DNA from: Candidatus Cloacimonadales bacterium
GTDB taxonomy: Bacteria > Cloacimonadota > Cloacimonadia > Cloacimonadales > JAIOQZ01
Length of the DNA: 64,000 nt
Reading direction: 5' to 3'
NCBI GenBank assembly: GCA_963674825.1
Contig: OY771587.1
Span: 2,272,001-2,336,000, forward strand
Numbering within the stretch: position 1 is the stretch's first letter; each line of letters begins with the position of its first letter. The notes beneath the pieces are model-generated. The model ran no database searches and was not told where the DNA came from. It saw only the letters and a list, made by a program, of their open reading frames with translations. The position numbers and the translations under genes are program-made. Positions 1 to 9,949 of the stretch are shown here, one piece after another.

Positions 1-253
1 TATCTGAAACGCCTGGAGAATGTGTTTCATAATGCAATAAATCGTGGCGATGAGGTAGCTAAGCAGGCGCATGAGGCGATGAAATCCGATCAGGAAAGAG
101 TTCTCCAGCAAAATGGTGCAAAGTTGCTGTTATTGTTCTTCTATAGCGCTGCCGTGGTGATTGTCTCGATGTTTGTGTGAGGAAATGCGCTCGGTTCAGC
201 GGTCCCGCCTTGCTGTGTTGTAATGGGATTTGCGGGGACAACTCATCTCAAGT

Positions 254-289
254 TCCCTCGATACGCACTCCGTGCTACTCGGGATGACA
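254..289 (-). repeat. Short palindromic intergenic element (GTCATCCCGAG...CGAGGGA type)
   Basis: Minus strand reads TGTCATCCCGAGTAGCACGGAGTGCGTATCGAGGGA, an imperfect hairpin; only one copy in the window. Confidence 0.35.
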
Positions 290-399
290 CGTGATTGGTG
301 GCGAGCAATAGAAGTATTTTCGTAGTAAATTAGGCAAATCCTCTTCCAACAATCAAGGCAGCCCACCCTCCCTCGTTGCGAGCGCATTTCTTCCAGTCG

Positions 400-1608
400 C
401 TAATCGATTTTCAATTCACCGTATTTTCCGTCGTATCCGGGTGGATCAAACCGGAAATGGCCAGCCTGAACGTGACAGATAGCTTGAAGAACATGATCGG
501 GTATAACGTGAGAAAGCTCTGCTAAGAGGTCATCGGAAGTCCACAGCGCGATTTCAGAGGGATAGACGGACATAATGGCGTCGAAGGTGGAACGGACTTT
601 CTTCGAGGATGCGTTTTTCACACCGAAAGCAGCAGCGATAACTTCCACCAGGGGTATCAGGTGGAGGAATTTTCGCGGAAGCGGTTTCAGAGATTCGTCT
701 TGCAGCGACTTACTGCGGTGGAGAACGCCCTGGTGCATGGGCTTTCCGCAGATAGTGCAGCGATAATCTTTCGGTGGATCGCTGTAGAATATGGTGTGGG
801 TGTCCTTGTCGTGCCCGGTCATGAAGTATCGACCTTCGGCAGGATTAAACTCGGCTGTCAGGTGCACGTTGTTACCACGTAAAGCGTCGATGATACCCCG
901 GTAATCGAAGGTAGCTGCGTCGAGGATGGTGAATTCCCGACCGATGCGGTTGAGGGCAGCACTATGGCAGTCGCTGTTGGATATCATGGTGAGTCTGTGG
1001 AAATCGGGGATGGTTCCGAGCATGGAAGGGTCAGCGCTGAGCCCGGTCTCGATTACGCGGATATTGGGCGTGAAATCGCCGTAGAACTCGGTAATAGAGC
1101 GGAGGTTGTTTTTACTGCCCATGATGCCGTCGGGTGTCATGACGTGCGCAGGTATGATCTCGATATCAGGATGTACGTCCTGCATTTCGAAGAGGCGGTC
1201 TTGTAGTTGGGCTGGATTCTCTGTGACGATGAATGGCCTGCCGATGGTGTTCTTGTCACCGTGTCGCTGCATGATCCGCTGCATCTTCTGGATGGATGCG
1301 AAATCAGGGAAGAGGATGACGTGATGCGCGACGGTGCGGTTTGTGTAGCCCTCGATCTGCGTGGAGAGGATCACCTCGGTTTGTAATAGGAAGCGTGAGG
1401 AATCGCCCTTCAGCGCGAAGAGTCCCGATTCCTCTTCGCGCAACAGAGCTTGTAATTCTTGCGTACGGACGGGGAGGAGACAGTCGCCGGTACCGAAGAC
1501 ATCGATTCCCTTGAGTTTCATCGTCCGGGAGACGTCTTCGAGGCAAATCTGTCCAACGCCACCCGCATAACCGGAATGCGAGTGGAGATCGACCGCAATT
1601 CTCTTCAT
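400..1608 (-). CDS. Endonuclease Q family protein (PHP domain)
   Basis: DLHSHS, KGIDVFGTGD, PAH, ETGLSAD, SNSDCHS-x5-GRE, CxxC and C-terminal PGYDGKYG motifs. Confidence 0.85.
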   Translation of the reverse strand: MKRIAVDLHSHSGYAGGVGQICLEDVSRTMKLKGIDVFGTGDCLLPVRTQELQALLREEESGLFALKGDSSRFLLQTEVILSTQIEGYTNRTVAHHVILFPDFASIQKMQRIMQRHGDKNTIGRPFIVTENPAQLQDRLFEMQDVHPDIEIIPAHVMTPDGIMGSKNNLRSITEFYGDFTPNIRVIETGLSADPSMLGTIPDFHRLTMISNSDCHSAALNRIGREFTILDAATFDYRGIIDALRGNNVHLTAEFNPAEGRYFMTGHDKDTHTIFYSDPPKDYRCTICGKPMHQGVLHRSKSLQDESLKPLPRKFLHLIPLVEVIAAAFGVKNASSKKVRSTFDAIMSVYPSEIALWTSDDLLAELSHVIPDHVLQAICHVQAGHFRFDPPGYDGKYGELKID

Positions 1609-3318
1609 TTATTTCAGTGCTTCGAGTTCCTCACGAACGAAATCGACGAGGCTCTTAATATAGTCAGCGCTGAAGTCAAACCGGATACCGGCTGCTTCGT
1701 AGAGCTCATTAACCGGCTTGGTGTAAAGCAGGCTGAGGAAGTTTTCGTACTGATCGACGGCCTTCTTGGGATCCTGGCGGTAGTTACGGTAGATGGAGAG
1801 CGCGCCAAGCTGCGAGATACCGTACTCGATGTAGTAGAACGGCGTTTCGAAGATGTGCAGCTGACGTTTCCAAAGGTTTTTGCGATTCTCTGTCAGGCCG
1901 CTCCAGTCTGTGCCGGAGTCGAAGCGTTCGCTGAGTTCCAGGAAGAACTTCGCCCGTTCTTCGGGAGTGTGGTCGGGATTGAGATAAATCCAGTGCTGGA
2001 AGGCGTCGACGACCATGCACCACGGCAGGAATGTCAGCGTTCCTTCGAGCTGCTCGCGTTTCGCTTTTTTAAGGTCTTCTTCGTCGCTGTAGAATTCATT
2101 CCAGAAATCCATCGAGATCAGCTCCATGCTCATGGAAGCAAGCTCGGCTACTTCGCTAGGTGTATCGCGGTAGAAGCTGATTGGCGTGTTGTTCATCTTG
2201 GAAGCATGCAGCGCGTGGCCTGCTTCGTGGAGCAGCGTGCTGACGTCGTCCTGAACGCCGACTGAATTCATGAAGATGAAGGATGCTCCCCATTCGCTGA
2301 GCGGATAGTTGTACCCGCCCGGAGCCTTGCCTTTGCGGTTGTCGAGATCGAGGAAACCAGTGTTTCTCATGAGCTCGAGCTGCTTGCCGAACTCAGGTTT
2401 GATCTTGCTGAGGATGCGGATCGATTTCTCGGTCAGCTCTTCAGTGTCCTCGAATGGCTTGAGGATTTTTCCATCGAGATCGACGGAAGTGTCCCATGGG
2501 CGCAGTACGTCGAGACCGAGTTTCGCTTTGCGTTCTTCGTTGAGCTCTTTGCAGAAAGGCACAACGTGTTTTTCTACCGATTCATGGAACTGGTAGAGAT
2601 CTTCGGGTGTGTAGCTGAAGCGGCCTTTCGCGCGATGCGTATAATCTCGATAATTGTCGAAACCGCAATTCTTTGCCATTTGAATACGTAATGCTTTCAT
2701 CGCGTCGAAGAGTTCATCGAATTCCGCGCTTTTCTCGAGGTATTTTCCCTGGACAAGCTGCCATACTTCTTCACGCACTTTGCGGTCGGTCTTCTTCAGG
2801 TAGATCGAAAGCTGGCGCATTGTCTGCTCTTTGCCGTCGTATTCGGCGGTCAGGCTACCGGAGAGTGCGCCGTATTTGTTGGCGATCTCGCGTTCCTGCT
2901 GGCTGAGCGGCGTGTTTTCTTCGCGGAAAAGCTCGATATCGACCGCGATGATCTTGTTCAGAAGGTCGTATTTGTCTTTGTCCAACTCGTGGCGGTAAGG
3001 GCTGTCGTAGAATTTCTTCATAAGCTCGAACGACGGCTTCCTGGTATTGCTGACGATTTCCGAGTAGAAGGTGTTGAAAGCCTCTTCTTTTTCGGGCTGA
3101 TCGGCGTGACAAGACATTGCGATGTAGCGATGGGCCATCTCATCAGCCGTGATGAAGGAAAGTTCGCTGTACTGCTTGAGCAATTCGATCAGATCGTCGG
3201 CTGAATTGATCTCCATGTCGAGAAGGCGCTCAAATTCTGCTACGACTTGTTCTTTGATGGAGGGATCAAACGATTCCGAGTAGAATCTTCTTGGGTATTT
3301 CGTCAATTTGTCTGACAT
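1609..3318 (-). CDS. pepF: M3 family oligoendopeptidase F
   Basis: HEAGH zinc motif, RKGKAPGGY, EVAELASMSMEL, PFYYIEY; 569 aa. Confidence 0.9.
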   Translation of the reverse strand: MSDKLTKYPRRFYSESFDPSIKEQVVAEFERLLDMEINSADDLIELLKQYSELSFITADEMAHRYIAMSCHADQPEKEEAFNTFYSEIVSNTRKPSFELMKKFYDSPYRHELDKDKYDLLNKIIAVDIELFREENTPLSQQEREIANKYGALSGSLTAEYDGKEQTMRQLSIYLKKTDRKVREEVWQLVQGKYLEKSAEFDELFDAMKALRIQMAKNCGFDNYRDYTHRAKGRFSYTPEDLYQFHESVEKHVVPFCKELNEERKAKLGLDVLRPWDTSVDLDGKILKPFEDTEELTEKSIRILSKIKPEFGKQLELMRNTGFLDLDNRKGKAPGGYNYPLSEWGASFIFMNSVGVQDDVSTLLHEAGHALHASKMNNTPISFYRDTPSEVAELASMSMELISMDFWNEFYSDEEDLKKAKREQLEGTLTFLPWCMVVDAFQHWIYLNPDHTPEERAKFFLELSERFDSGTDWSGLTENRKNLWKRQLHIFETPFYYIEYGISQLGALSIYRNYRQDPKKAVDQYENFLSLLYTKPVNELYEAAGIRFDFSADYIKSLVDFVREELEALK

Positions 3319-5462
3319 GATAACTCCTTATATTTCAATTCTCTTAAAGCAATGACAAGGGAGTTCTCCTGGAACTCCACGGGGTTGATAAAAATCTCGA
3401 TTTCAATAGGCTTACCTGCTTTGGTTTTCGTGCAAGCAGGGAACCATCGTTCAGATGACCCGATCAGGTAGGCGATGAGGCTTTTCCTGATCGCTTCGAT
3501 CATATCGAGTGTCACATACAGGTAGAACGACGACATCATTTCCTGGGCGTGCTTCATGTCGAAGAGCCTCAGACAGGCCTGATTTACTTCCAGAATCTCC
3601 ATTTTATCGAGGCGCTTCTTGACTTCACCAAGATTAGATTCGATCAGTGTATTCGGATCAACGTTTTTTTCGTATATGACTTTTTTGAGCTTGTGTATTG
3701 TCGTCGGATCCTGCACGATCAGCATGGGCAGTGGGTTGTTCTCGAACAGGATTCGGTTCATGATATATTGCTCGTCGAGTCGTTCGCTTGTGTGACGATA
3801 GTCGTTGATATCGATAGCACTGCTGAAGATTCTTTCCATCACTCCCTGCTCATTTTTCTGGACAATCAGATTGCTCGACAACCAGCGATAATCATTGAAC
3901 TTGGTTCGGATGCGGTATGCGAGTGTTGTTGTGGTGAGCTTTTGGTTGTTCTCCTCCGCTTCGAAGAAAAAATTCCGTAGCAGGCTTCGATCCTCAGGAT
4001 GAACAAGCTCCATCATAGATTCATATGTGAGTGAATATAGTTCCTCATAGGTAAATCCATAAAGGCTGATGGCGGTGTCGTTTGCAAACTCGACTTTATT
4101 CTTGATCGCATCAAACGAGAAAATCGAAAGATTCGAAACGTTCATAAGGACATCAAGGATATCACCGTGCTCGAAGCTGAAACCAGTAACAACCTTGATG
4201 TAGTAGGTTATATCGGTAACGATTGCCATAACGCCATTGGGATTACCGCTTAGGTCGCGAATCGTAGTAGGGGAGATCGTCAGCCAGATACGTTCACCGT
4301 TTTTCTTCACGATGGTTATCTCATATTTACGATCTCCCATTTGTGGCCGTTCATCGCGCATTCGGTTGACCTTCTGCATCATGGACGGCTCGAAGAAATC
4401 CCATATCTTACTGCCGAGATAGTCCTCTTCCGAGTACCCGGTCATTTCGCACAGCTTACGGTTTACGAGAGTAAAACGTTCATCGCGATCGATGATCACC
4501 ATGCCTTCATTCATGTTGTCCATAAGAGCACGGTAATTATGCATGGTTTCGTGAAGTTGCCGGCGGGAAGAGTCTCTGTCGATGAAGCTGGCGATCCAGT
4601 TTGTGAAAACGAGTAACGTATCCAGCGTGAGGGTTCCGACAGCCTTCATTTCAATCTGAATGGCAATGATTCCTATGGGACGCTCTTCGCTAAGCATGGG
4701 GATGAGGTGATTCGCAGGCACATCGGAGTGTTGCCATGGAAAGAAATGCTGCTCGCCTTCATCAGATTTCAGCTCGCCAGGTATTGCACGCCTGGAGATT
4801 GTCGGCGGAAACTGATTCTGCGCTTCGGTTCGTTGGCAAGAGGATAGAAGACGGAGCTTTTGCGAATCTGTAAAAGTGTAAACCGCACAGTTGAGGATCC
4901 CTTTTATCCGGCAGATCGCTTCCAGGATTTCGTTGAGAGATTCTTGGGTGTTGCTCACTTTCTGCAAGGCATTCAGAATCTCATACTGTACTTGCAGGAT
5001 GTCCTCTGCACGGTCGTAATTCTCCTTGTAGCTGTTGCCATTATCTTCTTCCTTATGAAGGAACCTGACGGATCTTAAATCCGGCTTGGGTTCTGGTTCC
5101 TTTTCCGGATTTATCGCTTTTCCAAAGTCAAAAAATATAAGCAGGCCATAGTCTCTTTTTTCGATCCAAACACAGGATACAATGAGATTTCTCCCTTCTG
5201 TAGTATTTCCCTGAGGTGAATAATGGATGGAGAAGTTACCAGGCCGATTCTCGTTTAACCTTGGAATAATCTGAGTTCCGAGAACATTATCGAGCTCTTT
5301 ACCGACAGTTGTGATCCTGTTTTGTTTGAAAAAGCGATTGAAAGCGTCGTTCGTGAAGACGATTCTACCATAAGGCTGATGGATCATCACTGTTGGCTCG
5401 ATAATCTCCTGCATCACCTTGCGGTAATGAGCGAGCTTTTCTTCCCGGTGTGGACTATCCAT
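3303..5462 (-). CDS. Multi-PAS/GAF sensor protein with no recognisable output domain
   Basis: PAS/PAC motifs (YRALMDNMNEGMVIID, KKNGERIW, VHPEDR, RWL) and a GAF-like segment; ATG at 5462 overlaps the upstream stop. Confidence 0.75.
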   Translation of the reverse strand: MDSPHREEKLAHYRKVMQEIIEPTVMIHQPYGRIVFTNDAFNRFFKQNRITTVGKELDNVLGTQIIPRLNENRPGNFSIHYSPQGNTTEGRNLIVSCVWIEKRDYGLLIFFDFGKAINPEKEPEPKPDLRSVRFLHKEEDNGNSYKENYDRAEDILQVQYEILNALQKVSNTQESLNEILEAICRIKGILNCAVYTFTDSQKLRLLSSCQRTEAQNQFPPTISRRAIPGELKSDEGEQHFFPWQHSDVPANHLIPMLSEERPIGIIAIQIEMKAVGTLTLDTLLVFTNWIASFIDRDSSRRQLHETMHNYRALMDNMNEGMVIIDRDERFTLVNRKLCEMTGYSEEDYLGSKIWDFFEPSMMQKVNRMRDERPQMGDRKYEITIVKKNGERIWLTISPTTIRDLSGNPNGVMAIVTDITYYIKVVTGFSFEHGDILDVLMNVSNLSIFSFDAIKNKVEFANDTAISLYGFTYEELYSLTYESMMELVHPEDRSLLRNFFFEAEENNQKLTTTTLAYRIRTKFNDYRWLSSNLIVQKNEQGVMERIFSSAIDINDYRHTSERLDEQYIMNRILFENNPLPMLIVQDPTTIHKLKKVIYEKNVDPNTLIESNLGEVKKRLDKMEILEVNQACLRLFDMKHAQEMMSSFYLYVTLDMIEAIRKSLIAYLIGSSERWFPACTKTKAGKPIEIEIFINPVEFQENSLVIALRELKYKELSCQTN

Positions 5463-6408
5463 CTGCTTCCTCGCCTGTGGCGTTGAGAACCGTACTGATA
5501 GAGACATCGCTGGCCCCGGATCTCTTTCGGAAGAGGTTTACAAGCAGCTCGCCGATAAGACCAATCGAAAGGAACTGCATTCCGATCATGATCATGAGCA
5601 GGCCGAGTAGCAGAAGCGGACGATTGGAAAGTGGGTGTCCGAAACCAAGCTTGAGGACGGTGAGATAAGCTTCGATCACGAATCCAATTGCCATCATGAC
5701 GGTTCCCCATCCTCCAAAAAGGTAAAGCGGACTGCGATTGTAGCCAGTGATGAGCCTAACAGTGAGTAAATCGAGGAATCCGCGCATGTAGCGCTCGAAT
5801 CCGTACTTGGTTTTGCCAAATTCTCGCGGTCTGTGATCAACCGGGATTTCGGTTACACGAAAGCCTTTGGAATCAGCCAAAACCGGGATATAACGATGCA
5901 ATTCGCCATAGACGTCGATCTCTTCGGTAATCTCTCTACGATAGGCCTTAAAGCCGCAATTGTAGTCGTGCAGGCGTAGGCCGAATACCCATGAGGTAAC
6001 GTTATTGAAGAAACGTGACAGAATCTTTTTCTCAAGCGGATCGTGACGCTTCTTCTTCCATCCGGAAACCAGATCGAACCCTTCATCGAGTTTTTCGAGG
6101 AATTTCCCGATCTCGGCGGGATTATCCTGCAAATCTGCGTCGAGTGTAAAGACGATTTCGCCCGTAGCATAGTGGAACCCCTGCTTCAGCGCGGCTGATT
6201 TACCGAAGTTCCGTCGGAAGCGGATGACCGTTACGCGTTGGTCTTCCTTGGCGAGCTCTTGCATCTTCGCGAAGCTGCTGTCTGTGCTGCCATCGTCGAT
6301 GAAAACGAACTGCTTCTCATAACCTTCGGTGTACTGGTTTATTTCGTCGTATAGACGTCGGATGGTGTCTTCTTCGTTGCAGACAGGTATCACAAATGAT
6401 AGCTTCAT
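5455..6408 (-). CDS. GT2 polyprenyl-phosphate glycosyltransferase (ArnC/GtrB/DPM-like)
   Basis: FIDDGSTD, RNFGKSAA, DADLQD, DYNCGFK and two C-terminal TM helices. Confidence 0.9.
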   Translation of the reverse strand: MKLSFVIPVCNEEDTIRRLYDEINQYTEGYEKQFVFIDDGSTDSSFAKMQELAKEDQRVTVIRFRRNFGKSAALKQGFHYATGEIVFTLDADLQDNPAEIGKFLEKLDEGFDLVSGWKKKRHDPLEKKILSRFFNNVTSWVFGLRLHDYNCGFKAYRREITEEIDVYGELHRYIPVLADSKGFRVTEIPVDHRPREFGKTKYGFERYMRGFLDLLTVRLITGYNRSPLYLFGGWGTVMMAIGFVIEAYLTVLKLGFGHPLSNRPLLLLGLLMIMIGMQFLSIGLIGELLVNLFRKRSGASDVSISTVLNATGEEADG

Positions 6409-6411
6409 ACC

Positions 6412-7014
6412 TTACCCCGGGATGAAAATATTGGTTATCGCCATGATAATCGCGGCGAAGACCGGAATCTTGATGTTATCGTCAACCTGGATACGGGATG
6501 CTTCAGCGATGGTTGTCGCCAGCGCTCCGGTAAAGCACAGCGCGGGATGTATCCCGAATGCCAGCCCGAACGCGAAGCTGCTGGTGAAGCACGCGAGGCT
6601 CCCTTCCAGGCTCTTGCTGGTTCCTCTGATTTTGCGCTTTCCCATCAGAATTCCAATGATAGCCGCGAACGTATCGCCTACAGCTAAGGACGAGAGCGCG
6701 AAGAAAGCGATCATGTCGCCCGGAAAGAATGCAAAGCAAACCAGCGAGGAGACCATCAGGTAGGTTGCGCCGGTGAAATTGTTCACCTCGTGTTTACGCA
6801 ACAGGATTCCGAACAGGTGGTAGAATATCCGGCGGAATGTCTTGTTCTCCAGCCGGATGATTTCGATAGCCATTGCAATGATGGTCAATGGCAAGAGGAT
6901 CAGAAACATCAGCTTCCGATCCTCGTGTAAAATATAGAGATATGACAACGGAATCACGAGCGAGGAGATGTGGATCGTCTTGCGAAAAGCCTCTTTCAGC
7001 TTACGTGATTCCAT
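6412..7014 (-). CDS. CTP-dependent polyprenol/phytol/diacylglycerol kinase (SEC59/VTE5/DGK1 family)
   Basis: RKTIH, GDTFAAIIG, KSLEGS and DDN motifs; multi-TM. Confidence 0.85.
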   Translation of the reverse strand: MESRKLKEAFRKTIHISSLVIPLSYLYILHEDRKLMFLILLPLTIIAMAIEIIRLENKTFRRIFYHLFGILLRKHEVNNFTGATYLMVSSLVCFAFFPGDMIAFFALSSLAVGDTFAAIIGILMGKRKIRGTSKSLEGSLACFTSSFAFGLAFGIHPALCFTGALATTIAEASRIQVDDNIKIPVFAAIIMAITNIFIPG

Positions 7015-7020
7015 GGCTCA

Positions 7021-8211
7021 TTATACGTTCAGCTTGCTGACGACAAAAGCCTTTGCAAGCTCGGCGACGAGGATTGGATCCTTCTTGATCGCCTGGAAAA
7101 AGATTTCGCGGAGCGTGAGTTTATCGGTCGGAAGCGTATTGCACATGGCGATCAACCGATTGAGGTTTTCGTCGCCGTAGTGCAGGTATTTGCTCTTCAT
7201 CTTGTACATCAACCGGTGGTTCGCTCCCAGGGCTTTGTCCCATTCCTTGTAGTAACGGGAGAGGAACTTCTTGCTGAAGTCCCTTTTCTCGACAGCCATT
7301 GCAGCCGTTTCACCGGCTTTCGCGCCACCAAACATCGCCGTGATGATGCCTCCGCCGGTCATGGGATTGACCTGCCGCGCCGCATCGCCAGCGAGCATGA
7401 TGCGCTCGGAAGCCATATCTTTAAGCGGAAGTCCGGTGGGGATTCCGCCACATACGATGGCATTGATCTGGCCATTCGGGAAACGCTTTTGCACGAAATT
7501 GTCGAGATAGGAGATCGGCCCGTGATCTTTGATCATGTTGCCCGAAAGCCCCAGTCCGACGTTTGCGGCAGTCTTGGACTTCGGGAATATCCAGGTATAA
7601 CCTCCCGGCGCCATGTGGTCACCGAAGAAGAATTCACAATATCTCTGATCGGCATCGATGTTTGTCATCGTGTACTGGATGGAAGTTTCAATATCTTCCA
7701 AATCGCATGCGGTGTCGATACCAGCCCAACGCCCCACGCGTGATTCTACACCGTCAGCGCCGATAACCAGGTCGCATTTCACCACATGTTCCTGTCCGAG
7801 GTGACGATATCTTACGCCGCAGATTTGTTCATTATGATATTCGAGTCCGATCGCATCCGCTTTAGTGAGCATGTGTGCTCCTTCAGCGCAGGCGAGGTTA
7901 CAGAGCTCGCGATCAAAGATACGCCGTTCAAGGATATAGCCAGCGCCTATGTTGTGCAGCTCGAGCATAGTTCCATCGGGTGCGTAGATACGTGCGGCGT
8001 CAATTTCGACTGCGATCCATTTGGGATCAGGTTTGATAAACTGCGCGAGTCCCTTGTGAGACACGCCTTCTGCGCAACGTACCGGAATGCCGGGTTCGCG
8101 GTCGCGTTCCAGGATCAGAACGCTTGCTCCGCCTTTTGCTGCGTAGCGCGCAGCTGTGCTGCCGGCAGGACCTGAGCCGATTACGACTACATCATATCGA
8201 TTCTCGATCAT
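7021..8211 (-). CDS. Geranylgeranyl reductase family flavoprotein (DGGR-like)
   Basis: GSGPAG, PVRCAEG, GADG, PGGYTWIFP and GDAA...PMTGGGI; start at 8211 preceded by GGAGG. Confidence 0.9.
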   Translation of the reverse strand: MIENRYDVVVIGSGPAGSTAARYAAKGGASVLILERDREPGIPVRCAEGVSHKGLAQFIKPDPKWIAVEIDAARIYAPDGTMLELHNIGAGYILERRIFDRELCNLACAEGAHMLTKADAIGLEYHNEQICGVRYRHLGQEHVVKCDLVIGADGVESRVGRWAGIDTACDLEDIETSIQYTMTNIDADQRYCEFFFGDHMAPGGYTWIFPKSKTAANVGLGLSGNMIKDHGPISYLDNFVQKRFPNGQINAIVCGGIPTGLPLKDMASERIMLAGDAARQVNPMTGGGIITAMFGGAKAGETAAMAVEKRDFSKKFLSRYYKEWDKALGANHRLMYKMKSKYLHYGDENLNRLIAMCNTLPTDKLTLREIFFQAIKKDPILVAELAKAFVVSKLNV

Positions 8212-8381
8212 GATTGACCTCCCGAAATTGCTTTGAATGGGCAAATCGTTTCGCATTTTCCGCACTCGATGCAAGTATTCAGGTCAATGTACACACGAAA
8301 TTCGGTGACTCGAATAGCATCGACCGGACATACCGCGACGCAGGTGCCGCAAAGTCCGCAAATCTCATGATCGATTTTCAT
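8208..8381 (-). CDS. 2[4Fe-4S] ferredoxin, 57 aa (absent from the ORF track)
   Basis: Translated by hand: MKIDHEICGLCGTCVAVCPVDAIRVTEFRVYIDLNTCIECGKCETICPFKAISGGQS; two CxxCxxCxxxCP motifs, GGAGA RBS, ATGA overlap with the reductase start. Confidence 0.93.
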   Translation of the reverse strand: MKIDHEICGLCGTCVAVCPVDAIRVTEFRVYIDLNTCIECGKCETICPFKAISGGQS

Positions 8382-8401
8382 ATAATCTCCAAACTATGGT
8401 T

Positions 8402-9943
8402 TTATTCGCTGAATTGGTGATCCAGAATCACCATATTTCCATCGTTGCGAAGCTGTATCACAACGTCGTATTTAATATAGGATTCCATCGTGTTTTTACC
8501 GGAAAAGAGCAGTCCTGTGCTGTCCATATGTTCCTTGGTAAATCCCCGTACGAGGAATACCGGTTCCGGGTTTCCCTGTCCGAAAGGCTGGAAACGGTCG
8601 AGGTCGTTGAGCATCTGTTCGTGGATTTGATTCGGGGCGATCAGTGCGTCGATTTCAATCTTGCGTGAAAGCTCAATCTCATTACGGTGATCGTCCACGA
8701 ACTCACGGAAGCATTCCTTGAATTCATCGAGACGTTCCTCATGGATGGTGAAGCCGGCAGCGCGTGCGTGGCCGCCGTATTGCACCAGAATATCGCTACA
8801 ATGGTTGAACGAATCGATCAGATTAAAACCATCTGTGCAGCGTGCTTCGCCGACGATGAGGCCCTTCTTTCTCTTCAGGAAGATTACAGGAATCTTGAAA
8901 ATGCTGGCTACAATTGATGCTGAAAGGCCATAGAGCGCGAAAGGTATGCGATCCTGTTCGTCGAAGTAGAAGTGATAGAATCCTTCCGGCTTGATGCTCA
9001 TGACGATGTCGAGCACGACATTGATCTTCCGCTCATATTCGTTCTTCTCCATGAAGAGACGCTTGAGGTGATCGCGTTTTTCCACAGGATTTGCCACTAA
9101 CAACTTCATGCCGCGATTCTCGCCGTTACGCATACGACCGCTGGATAGGATCTTGTAGGTAAAAGCGATGAAATTCATTTTGGAACGTTTGTCTTCAGGC
9201 GTGTAGTAGTACTGACTGAGAAAATGTGCCGTATCGTCGAAGATGGATTTCCATTTATCCAGTACTTCCAAGCAGATGATACGGTTAACGCCGTCGAGCG
9301 GAGCTTTATCCGCGACAAGCCCTACCATGACCCAGAACATATAACTGGGGCTTGGTTCCACATCGCATTCACGGGCGATTTGCCGAATCAGAAACCATGT
9401 GACTCCAACGCCGGCCAGCATCGGATAGGGATACTGGCAGTCTGCCTGCTTCGGATTGACGATCGCGTAAGCTTCGGGCAGTTCGTCCTGTACCAGATGA
9501 TGATCGGTGATGATGGTGTCGATACCAGCTTCATTCAGTGCTTTCACGCCTTCGAAAGACGAGCTGCAGCCATCGACGGTAATCACAAGATCGGCCTTCA
9601 ATTCCTTCGCCTTCCGGACGAAAGACGGCTGGATACCATGATGATCGACCAGCCGGTTTGGGATATAGTAAAAGTGGTTTTGCGACCCGAGCTTTTCAAG
9701 GTAGTCGAAAAGGATGTAAGTGCTAGTTATCCCATCGGGATCGTCGTCACCGTATATTACGATGGTTTCTTTATCGATCAGGGCCTGGATTACGCGTTTG
9801 GCGGCCTTCTCAAGGTCCTTCATCAGCGTGTCTTCAGGCAGATCGTCAAGGGTAACCTTGAATGTTTCTTCCCGGTAGTCACGCTTGGCTACAAGTTGCT
9901 CGATTAGTGTACGGTCGCCGGGATCGTTCCAAATCCATTTCAT
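8402..9943 (-). CDS. recJ: ssDNA-specific exonuclease RecJ (DHH/DHHA1)
   Basis: YGDDDPDG, ITVD, TDHH, GGHARAAG, PFGQGNPEP. Confidence 0.85.
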   Translation of the reverse strand: MKWIWNDPGDRTLIEQLVAKRDYREETFKVTLDDLPEDTLMKDLEKAAKRVIQALIDKETIVIYGDDDPDGITSTYILFDYLEKLGSQNHFYYIPNRLVDHHGIQPSFVRKAKELKADLVITVDGCSSSFEGVKALNEAGIDTIITDHHLVQDELPEAYAIVNPKQADCQYPYPMLAGVGVTWFLIRQIARECDVEPSPSYMFWVMVGLVADKAPLDGVNRIICLEVLDKWKSIFDDTAHFLSQYYYTPEDKRSKMNFIAFTYKILSSGRMRNGENRGMKLLVANPVEKRDHLKRLFMEKNEYERKINVVLDIVMSIKPEGFYHFYFDEQDRIPFALYGLSASIVASIFKIPVIFLKRKKGLIVGEARCTDGFNLIDSFNHCSDILVQYGGHARAAGFTIHEERLDEFKECFREFVDDHRNEIELSRKIEIDALIAPNQIHEQMLNDLDRFQPFGQGNPEPVFLVRGFTKEHMDSTGLLFSGKNTMESYIKYDVVIQLRNDGNMVILDHQFSE

Positions 9944-9949
9944 GTGTTA

